Assembly: GCA_965228895.1 (NCBI GenBank)
Contig: OZ245842.1
Coordinates: forward strand, 5,120,001-5,184,000
Direction of reading: 5' to 3'
DNA from: Alphaproteobacteria bacterium
GTDB lineage: Bacteria > Pseudomonadota > Alphaproteobacteria > SP197
DNA: 64,000 bases
Below are positions 57,186 through 64,000 of the stretch, in pieces. Within the stretch, counting starts at the first letter, position 1. Each line of letters starts with the position of its first letter. Both the position numbers and the translations under genes were made by a program. The notes under the pieces were generated by a model. It was not told where the DNA came from and ran no database searches. It saw only the letters and a list, made by a program, of their open reading frames with translations.

Positions 57186-59506
57186 ACGTCGCGACAATCG
57201 AGTTTGGCACCAAGGGAGAGACATTGGCCCGTCTGGCCCCCGTCGTGTCCGACGCCAAGTTCTGCGACCAGTTGCTTTTTAGTGTGGCCTGTTGGCGGGC
57301 GGATCAGCCGAACTGGGTTGCGCGTGTCCTTTCGATGTTTGGCGACAAACTTCTCGTCGTTCGATCAAGCAGCCTCGCAGAAGATGGCCTCGCAGCGTCG
57401 ATGGCTGGTGTTTTTGTAAGTGTCGTGTCCGTTGAGTCGAATGAGGACGCTATCATTCAGGCGGTCGAACGCGTGATTGACAGTTATGGTACAGGGCCCG
57501 CTGAGAATCAGGTCCTGATACAACCCATGGTCGACGGCGTTGAAATTTCCGGTGTCGTCGTGACCCGAGAGCTGACCACCGGCGGCCCCTACTACGTCAT
57601 CAACTATGATGACTTCTCGGGCCGCACCGATACGGTGACGAGTGGTGCGGAAAGCAAGACACTTCTCATCCACCACTCGTCCACGGCTGATCTCCATTCA
57701 CCGAGGTTCTCGCGCCTGATCAGGATCGTCGAGACACTTCAACGTGTTTGCTGTAACGACCTTCTGGATATCGAGTTCTGTATCGCAGGCGATGACGTCT
57801 ACATATTGCAAGTGCGCCCGTTGACGATGCAGGCACGCTGGCGCGCCGCCCCAGACGACAAGGTTTCCGAGAGCCTGAACGGCATCAGGCAACTCATTGG
57901 CGGACGTGCCGCCGGGACCGGCCCGATCGTCGGCGATAGTCCTGTCTACAGTGACATGGCGGACTGGAATCCGGCGGAAATGATCGGCCAAACGCCGCGA
58001 CCTCTGGCCATGTCTCTTTACCGCTATCTGATTACAGATCAAATTTGGTGCACGGCCCGCCAAGCGATGGGATATCGGCAGTTTGCGCCCGAACCGCTTC
58101 TCGTTTCACTGGGCGGCCGGCCCTATATCGATGTCCGTCTAAGCCTGAACTCGCTTCTGCCCGAAGGGCTTGATCGCGGTACCGCCGATGCGATTGTGAC
58201 GAGCCAGCTTGCCATGTTGCGGGAACGCCGTGACCTCCATGACAAGTTTGAGTTCGAGGTCGCCGTCTCCAGTCTCGATTTCATGTTCCACGAAAAGGTG
58301 AGTGTGCTCAGATCCGAGGGACTTGGCGCCGTCCAGCTTGACGATCTGGAAGACCGCCTACGAAACCTGACCAACATGTGCCTGGCAACCCGGCGGGGCG
58401 AGCTTCAGCGTCTCGTCGCGCTGACAAACCGTCTTCACGATGGCATCGACGACGGCCTTGCGCCGAAAGATCGCGCCGCGCAGTTGCTCGACAACTGCCG
58501 CGACTTCGGAACCTATCCTTTCTCCATTGTTGCCAGGCATGCATTCATCGCCATGGCGTTTGTCAAAGCGATGGTGGCGCGTGGCGCCGTCGACCCGTCG
58601 TCGACGGCCCACCTGATGGGTGGCATTCACACTGTCGCTGCGACCATTGTCGAGGGCATGCACGACGTTTCAACCGGCGCCATGGCGCTCGATCAGTTCC
58701 TGGCGTTTTGCGGTCACTTGCGGCCAGGTACCTATGACATTCTGTCGCCGCGTTACGACGCCGCACCCGAGCTCTATTTGAAGGACAGCATTGCTGAGCC
58801 GGCACCGGTTGAGCCGTTCATGTGGTCCAGTGAGGAAGAACGGGTCCTGAAAGGCCTGCTCGACGAAAACCGTTTGGACATCGATCCAAAGGGGCTAATG
58901 GATTACATCGAACAAAGCGTTGTGGGTCGAGAGCAGGTCAAGTTTGATTTCACGCGCAACATTTCAGAGTCTCTCGAAAACATCGCCCAGTGGGGTGAGA
59001 CCCTGGGGCTCAGTCGTGATGATCTGTCGTTTCTCTCCATCGATACGATTCTTGGCAGCACGGTTGGAGATCCCGGCCTCCTGAGAGATCTGGTCGCTCA
59101 CCAGCGCGAGGAGCATGCTGTAACGCTGACGGCGCGGTTGCCGGAAGTCGTTACCGGCATCGACGATATTGGTGTCGTTCGCATGCCGCTCGGCAAGCCG
59201 ACATTCGTCACGCAGCAGGTGGTGACGGCACGTTTGGTCGACTTGGAGCGCGACGGTGCCGACAATCTGCAGGGCGCTATCGTGCTGATCGAAGCGGCTG
59301 ATCCGGGGTATGACTGGATTTTGTCCCACGGCGTTGCGGCGTTGGTCACAAAGTTCGGCGGTGCCAACTCTCACATTGCCATTCGGTGTTCGGAGTTCGA
59401 TCTGCCGGCAGCAATTGGCTGCGGCGAACGTCTGTTTGATGCGTTGCGGGTTGGTACGGTGATCGAGTTGGATTGTGCCACTCGTTCCCTGCGAGCTATC
59501 GCATGA
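57182..59506 (+). CDS. L-glutamine kinase-like PEP-utilising-fold enzyme (Cj1418-like)
   Basis: ATP-grasp VVRSS..ED, DIEF, ILQVRPL; DWNPAEMIG, PYIDVRLS.NS, HDKFEF, GHLRPGTYDI; phospho-His domain ADPGYDW..TKFGGANSHIAIRCSE; 774 aa. Confidence 0.85.
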   Translation: MNVATIEFGTKGETLARLAPVVSDAKFCDQLLFSVACWRADQPNWVARVLSMFGDKLLVVRSSSLAEDGLAASMAGVFVSVVSVESNEDAIIQAVERVIDSYGTGPAENQVLIQPMVDGVEISGVVVTRELTTGGPYYVINYDDFSGRTDTVTSGAESKTLLIHHSSTADLHSPRFSRLIRIVETLQRVCCNDLLDIEFCIAGDDVYILQVRPLTMQARWRAAPDDKVSESLNGIRQLIGGRAAGTGPIVGDSPVYSDMADWNPAEMIGQTPRPLAMSLYRYLITDQIWCTARQAMGYRQFAPEPLLVSLGGRPYIDVRLSLNSLLPEGLDRGTADAIVTSQLAMLRERRDLHDKFEFEVAVSSLDFMFHEKVSVLRSEGLGAVQLDDLEDRLRNLTNMCLATRRGELQRLVALTNRLHDGIDDGLAPKDRAAQLLDNCRDFGTYPFSIVARHAFIAMAFVKAMVARGAVDPSSTAHLMGGIHTVAATIVEGMHDVSTGAMALDQFLAFCGHLRPGTYDILSPRYDAAPELYLKDSIAEPAPVEPFMWSSEEERVLKGLLDENRLDIDPKGLMDYIEQSVVGREQVKFDFTRNISESLENIAQWGETLGLSRDDLSFLSIDTILGSTVGDPGLLRDLVAHQREEHAVTLTARLPEVVTGIDDIGVVRMPLGKPTFVTQQVVTARLVDLERDGADNLQGAIVLIEAADPGYDWILSHGVAALVTKFGGANSHIAIRCSEFDLPAAIGCGERLFDALRVGTVIELDCATRSLRAIA

Positions 59507-60195
59507 CGATGCCGCCGCGTTTTGCCGTTTCGATGCGTGTTCAATCGGCGGTCGGTTACTACGAACCGCGCGACGCGATTAGTCATGATTGGCTTGATCA
59601 GATCCGTGCCTGGGGTGGCTCGCCGCTACCGGTCCCTAATCTGGAGAAGCACGTCGACGTCTGGCTCGCCGATTTGAAGCCTGCTGTTTTGATTTTGACC
59701 GGTGGCAACGATGTCATCCTTCGCAATGACCAGCCTGACGATCGCTCACCGGTACGCGATGCCACGGAGTTTGCTTCTATCGATTGGGCGCGCCGCCACG
59801 ATGTGCCGATCTTTGCGACCTGCCGCGGCCTCCACGTGTTGAACCAGTATTTTGGCGGCAGCGTCCATGACATTTCCAACGCCGGCAGTCACGTTGCACG
59901 AGATCACGATGTGCGACTTTTTCCGCCGCTCTCAACGCTCGCCGGTGCTGACACTGTGACCGTAAACTCGTTTCACAACCTGGGCATCGGCGAGGACGAA
60001 GTCGGTGACGGTCTGACCATTTGTGCGATGTCGCAAGCCGACGGCCTCGTAGAAGCCGTGGTTCATGACAGTGAACCGATTGCCGCACTTCAATGGCACC
60101 CCGAGCGACGGCGAGGGGACAAAATCGGTGTCGATGACACGTTGTTTTGTCGCCTGTCGTCCGAGGGGGCATTCTGGAGGGATGCGATCGTATGA
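59503..60195 (+). CDS. Class I glutamine amidotransferase/peptidase C26, gamma-glutamyl-CDP-amidate hydrolase-like (Cj1417-like)
   Basis: YYEPRDAISHDW, LTGGND, ATCRG (Cys), VNSFH, QWHPER. Confidence 0.82.
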   Translation: MTMPPRFAVSMRVQSAVGYYEPRDAISHDWLDQIRAWGGSPLPVPNLEKHVDVWLADLKPAVLILTGGNDVILRNDQPDDRSPVRDATEFASIDWARRHDVPIFATCRGLHVLNQYFGGSVHDISNAGSHVARDHDVRLFPPLSTLAGADTVTVNSFHNLGIGEDEVGDGLTICAMSQADGLVEAVVHDSEPIAALQWHPERRRGDKIGVDDTLFCRLSSEGAFWRDAIV

Positions 60196-60992
60196 AGGCT
60201 CTTATTGTTGCGGCGGGCCGGGGATCGCGTCTTGGCGACCTCAGCGACCAAACGCCGAAGTGCCTCACGCCTTTTGCCGGGTCGCGCTTGTTGGATATGC
60301 AACTGGGTGTTCTGCGTGGTGCCGGTCTCGACAATATACACTTGGTCAGAGGTTACCTCGGCGAACAGTTGGATGGATTGGGCCTCAGCCTGTGGGACAA
60401 TCCCGATTGGGCCTCGACAAACATGGTGGCGTCGATGCTGTGCGCCCGCCCGTTGCTCGAGGAGGACGATGACCTGATCGTGGCCTATGGCGACATCGTC
60501 TACGAGCGTCGCGTTTTGCAGGCGCTCTTGAACGATAGGAGCGGCGCCGGAGTTGTCGTCGACCGAAAGTGGCTCGATCTATGGAACCTGCGGAGCGATT
60601 CGCCGCTGGCGGATGCGGAAAGCCTGCGACTTGATCAGGCCGGCAACATCATCGACATCGGCAAGAAGGTCTCCGGTCTTGAGGAAATCGAGGCCCAGTA
60701 TATCGGCCTGATGCGATTCTCCGCCGACACCCGGTCTCAGCTGCTTGGCCTGCTTGATCAGGCGCAAGGGACGACCGACGGCGTCAACGGTAAGCCTGTC
60801 GAAAACTGCTACATGACCGACCTGCTTCAGGCCTATGTCGACATCGGTGGCCTTCTTCATGCGGTGCCGATAGACGGCGGCTGGCTCGAATTCGATACGG
60901 CCGACGATATTGCCCGCTATGCTGAACAGATACGCGGCGGATCCATGGCAAGTTACTGTGATGTCGAGACGTTGGCCGCAGAACAGGCATGA
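60192..60992 (+). CDS. CTP:phosphoglutamine cytidylyltransferase-like (Cj1416/LicC-like)
   Basis: AAGRGSRL..PKCL, TNMV, YGDIVY, VDRKWLDLW.LR..PLADAESL, IGKK...IEAQYIGL, YMTDLLQ, GWLEFD. Confidence 0.85.
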   Translation: MKALIVAAGRGSRLGDLSDQTPKCLTPFAGSRLLDMQLGVLRGAGLDNIHLVRGYLGEQLDGLGLSLWDNPDWASTNMVASMLCARPLLEEDDDLIVAYGDIVYERRVLQALLNDRSGAGVVVDRKWLDLWNLRSDSPLADAESLRLDQAGNIIDIGKKVSGLEEIEAQYIGLMRFSADTRSQLLGLLDQAQGTTDGVNGKPVENCYMTDLLQAYVDIGGLLHAVPIDGGWLEFDTADDIARYAEQIRGGSMASYCDVETLAAEQA

Positions 60993-61011
60993 CCGGACGC
61001 GTTGGATAATC

Positions 61012-62250
61012 TTGGCGGGACTGATTGAAGGTGTGGCGATCGCCGTTGTCGTGCTTGTCGTCGTGGAAGCGACGACGTGGCTCGCGGTGTTTCGATTCCG
61101 TCGCGGATTTCCCTGGCTCATTACGCCTCGGGATATCGAGCCGACGATCGATCGGGAGGTCGTTCAGAAGTACGCCCGCGTCAGCTTCGATGCCGATCTC
61201 GGCTGGTGCCGGAAACCGGGAACCCGTGGCGTCGACTCGTCACCCGAAGGTGATGCCAGCTTTTCGATTGATCAGAATGGCGCCCGAAGGAACCCTGAAT
61301 TTGAGGGCGCGGAACCTTATGTCGCAGTCTACGGTGATTCCTACGCCTTTTGTCGCTTGGTCAACGACAACGAAACATGGCCGCATCGATTGTCCGTCAT
61401 GCTCCAGCGCAATGTCGGCAACTTCGGCGTTGGCAATTACGGCTTGGATCAGGCGCTGCTTCGCTATGAGCGCGAAGCCGCAGACCTGGCTGCGCGCGTC
61501 GTCATTCTGGCAGTTGTGCCAGAAACGGTGGCCAGGGTTCACTCCTATTGGAAGCACTATTTCGAGTACGGCAACACGCTGGCGTTCAAGCCCATGTTTG
61601 TGTTGAAGGACGATGACTTGGACCATCTTGCGCCTGCGGTTTCGTGTGCCGAGGACATTGTCGAGCCGACACGCTGGCGCGACAACGTTCGGCGCCTTGA
61701 CCGGTTTTACAAGGAGAAGTTCCTGCCTGACGTGATCCGTTTCCCCGCCATTGTCTCGATCCTCGGACGGTTTTCGCGACATGGGCGCATTCTAGGGATT
61801 CTGCTGCGGGGTGCCTTGTTCGGTCATTCCCAAGATGCGCGTCGGCGTGCCTTTGATGTTGTTCTCGACGAGAACCACAGGCATCAATGTCGCTTGTTCG
61901 CCGATTCCCACGCAACCAAACTCCTGACGTTGATTACCCGGCGCTTTGCTGATGTTTGCGAGGCTCACGGTTCGATACCCAGATTGGTAATCATCCCGCA
62001 ACCCCGCGACTTGAAGGATTACGTGGACCAGAGATGCGCCCACGAGAGTTTCCTGCGAGGTCTAAGCGATGTCGTGCCGGTGCTTGATCTTACGGCGACG
62101 CTTGCGCGCGAGGGCGACCGCATTGCGATATACAAGGAGGGAAATCTGGGCCCCCACACCAGCGCCGCCGCCAACGATGTAATCGCCTCTGAGATCTACC
62201 AATGGCTCGATGGTGACGGATTGCTTTCAGCCCAGGCAAACGGTTCATAA
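61012..62250 (+). CDS. Membrane-anchored SGNH/GDSL hydrolase-like protein
   Basis: N-terminal TM, YGDSYAF, NFGVGNYGLDQ, C-terminal GPHTS..AN; start uncertain (TTG 61012 or GTG 61033). Confidence 0.7.
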   Translation: MAGLIEGVAIAVVVLVVVEATTWLAVFRFRRGFPWLITPRDIEPTIDREVVQKYARVSFDADLGWCRKPGTRGVDSSPEGDASFSIDQNGARRNPEFEGAEPYVAVYGDSYAFCRLVNDNETWPHRLSVMLQRNVGNFGVGNYGLDQALLRYEREAADLAARVVILAVVPETVARVHSYWKHYFEYGNTLAFKPMFVLKDDDLDHLAPAVSCAEDIVEPTRWRDNVRRLDRFYKEKFLPDVIRFPAIVSILGRFSRHGRILGILLRGALFGHSQDARRRAFDVVLDENHRHQCRLFADSHATKLLTLITRRFADVCEAHGSIPRLVIIPQPRDLKDYVDQRCAHESFLRGLSDVVPVLDLTATLAREGDRIAIYKEGNLGPHTSAAANDVIASEIYQWLDGDGLLSAQANGS

Positions 62251-62253
62251 TGG

Positions 62254-64000
62254 ATGGGCGTTAACGGCATGGCGACCAGCAACACACGCCTCGCGCTTTC
62301 GAAGTTCAAGGAATTTTGTCGCAACGCGCTTGTCCCACCGGCGATATGGAGCTGGCTTGCCGCATCGGCGCAGGCGCTGCGTCGCAGGACAAAACCGGAC
62401 CATAAGAGCAAGACCCAGTTTCCCTATGTCTGGGACGGCGACGCGTTTGAACTCAAGCATGCCCTGCGTCACATCGAACTTACGGATGAAGTACCGGCGG
62501 TCGGCATCACGCGAGGCCGCGATACGCGGCCTTCGGTCGAGATCTTCAAAGGACGAGGCGTGACACTTGGTCCTTTTCCTGCCGACACGAAGTCGGTGGC
62601 GTTGGCGGTCGCGCAAGACAGAATGGATCTTCCCTACAGCGACTTGACCGTGATGCTCAACGGACAGGTGGTGACGGAGATCAAGGGGTCGCTGATTGCC
62701 GAAACCTGGAACAACTTCCGGCTGCCGATTGCTGATCCATTAAGCGCTGTAACGCTGGAGCTGACCTGGACCGGAGAGCGTCTGTTCCTGTCGGAGCCGG
62801 TGCCTGAACGCGGCATGTCGACAAGCGACAGTCAGAGGCCGAACTTCATCGTGTTGGTGCTCGATTCAATGGTTCCGGAAACTGTCGGCAGTATGTCGGG
62901 CGCTTCGCCAGACGAGTCGTTCACGCCGCACATTGATCGCTATTTCCGCGACGGCCGTCTCTACACGAACGCCTATAGCCAGAGCGAATACACCATGCCT
63001 TCGCTCGCCACCATGATGACGGGGCTCTATCCCATTCAACATGGTGTTTTTACCCATGATCGATGCCAGCGCACTATTCCGCCGCAAACGCCAACGTTGG
63101 CGGAGTTTCTGCAAGAGGCGGGTTATCGCACATTCTGCTATTCGACCGGCCGCCGGTTTGTGCCGCCCTATGGACACTACCGCGGGTTCGAGCGGTTTCA
63201 TTTTCACAATCAAAGCCTGACGCTTACTTCCGACACGGTCGTCGACCGGGCCATGGAGTTTATCGAAACACATAAGAGCTCGCCGACATTCTGTTTTCTC
63301 CACATCATCGATCCGCATCCCCCGTTTGCGCTGCCGACATACTTCTCCGAGCTGAACTCGGGCGCCATGCGATGGGGCGACAGCCGCAGCCTCTACGACG
63401 CCTTCAAGCTGCATCGCGACAGCCGCGAACGTGTCGCCGAACTGCGAGAAATGGAACGGGTTATGGTGCGAAACCTGGATTTCATTCTCGGCAAGCTGTT
63501 CGCCTATCTGGAGCGCGAAGGGCTGGACGAGAAGACACACGTCATGATTCTCGCCGATCACGGTCGCGAATACATGAAGGGTTCGCCGCTGCTGACACGG
63601 CGTTTGACACATATCCCGTTTCTGCTTTCCGGCCCGGGCGTCAGCTCGGGGATGTGTGACAAATTTATTGAGCCGCCGGTGGACCTCTACCCTTCAATCG
63701 CAGCATTGTCGGGTCTTGCGCCGCCGCCTCATCTCGCTGGGCGCGATGTTGTCGATCCGAAAGCCGGTTACCGTGAGGTCTGCCTCTCTGAATCGTTGTT
63801 CCGTTTCAGCGGCGAAATCGCTTTGCGTACAGACGACCGGATCTATGCGCTGCGTTTTCCGTTGGATGATTACGAAGGCAAAGGTGACCTTGACGCTCCG
63901 GAAGGCGAATGGCTCTTCCGTCGCGACCCCGTAACCAAGGACGAAGCAAGCGAGGAAAATCTGATCGACAGCGAACCTGAGCGCGTCGACGAGTTTCGTC
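62254..64000 (+). CDS. Sulfatase/alkaline-phosphatase-superfamily protein (runs off window end)
   Basis: Not in the ORF track because there is no stop in the window. Manual translation: RPNFIVLVLDS, TPHID, NAYSQSEYTMPSLATMMTGLYP.QHG, FLHIIDPHPP, ILADHG, HIPF. Confidence 0.85.
   Translation, partial: MGVNGMATSNTRLALSKFKEFCRNALVPPAIWSWLAASAQALRRRTKPDHKSKTQFPYVWDGDAFELKHALRHIELTDEVPAVGITRGRDTRPSVEIFKGRGVTLGPFPADTKSVALAVAQDRMDLPYSDLTVMLNGQVVTEIKGSLIAETWNNFRLPIADPLSAVTLELTWTGERLFLSEPVPERGMSTSDSQRPNFIVLVLDSMVPETVGSMSGASPDESFTPHIDRYFRDGRLYTNAYSQSEYTMPSLATMMTGLYPIQHGVFTHDRCQRTIPPQTPTLAEFLQEAGYRTFCYSTGRRFVPPYGHYRGFERFHFHNQSLTLTSDTVVDRAMEFIETHKSSPTFCFLHIIDPHPPFALPTYFSELNSGAMRWGDSRSLYDAFKLHRDSRERVAELREMERVMVRNLDFILGKLFAYLEREGLDEKTHVMILADHGREYMKGSPLLTRRLTHIPFLLSGPGVSSGMCDKFIEPPVDLYPSIAALSGLAPPPHLAGRDVVDPKAGYREVCLSESLFRFSGEIALRTDDRIYALRFPLDDYEGKGDLDAPEGEWLFRRDPVTKDEASEENLIDSEPERVDEFR

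Noticed and set aside
57182-59506. PEP synthase / pyruvate phosphate dikinase
   Set aside because: No pyruvate-binding TIM barrel; the C-terminal phospho-His domain, central motifs and neighbours fit the glutamine kinase type.
60989-61009. Out-of-frame ATG overlapping the upstream stop, hinting at a frameshift in the SGNH gene
   Set aside because: Encodes only 6 aa; in-frame TTG 61012 or GTG 61033 give a complete protein with a TM anchor.

Overview
High-GC bacterial chromosomal window, probably alphaproteobacterial (inferred from gene content and GANTC-rich intergenic repeats). Positions 1-19 kb hold a complete N-methylglutamate methylamine-utilisation cluster (gmaS, mgsABC, mgdABCD, XRE-cupin regulator). 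It is interrupted by two divergent Fe(II)/2OG dioxygenases and followed by a TetR/GST module and an orphan mgdA paralogue. Positions 19-29 kb are housekeeping genes (large NAD-GDH, MFS, GST, purH). From 29 kb to the end is a large surface-glycan locus. It starts with a PglF/CapD-like dehydratase, a WecA-type transferase, a WaaL-like ligase, kdsD, an RfaH-like antiterminator and a MarR-type regulator. A >25 kb co-directional gene run follows, with pseudaminic-acid genes, an acetamidino cassette, a second amino-sugar/CMP module, an ABC flippase and a three-gene phosphoramidate (P-N bond) cassette resembling Campylobacter Cj1418-Cj1417-Cj1416. That cassette is followed by SGNH and Thr-nucleophile sulfatase-fold genes instead of the Campylobacter kinase/transferases. 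Non-coding signals read directly from the sequence: three copies of a ~138-bp double-hairpin repeat with GANTC sites, a shared GTTCA-N5-TGAAC operator at two promoters, an ops/JUMPstart-like leader, and a TTTCC-N5-GGAAA operator pair in the methylamine cluster. No rRNA, tRNA, CRISPR array or transposase was seen. All family assignments come from motif recognition, not database searches.
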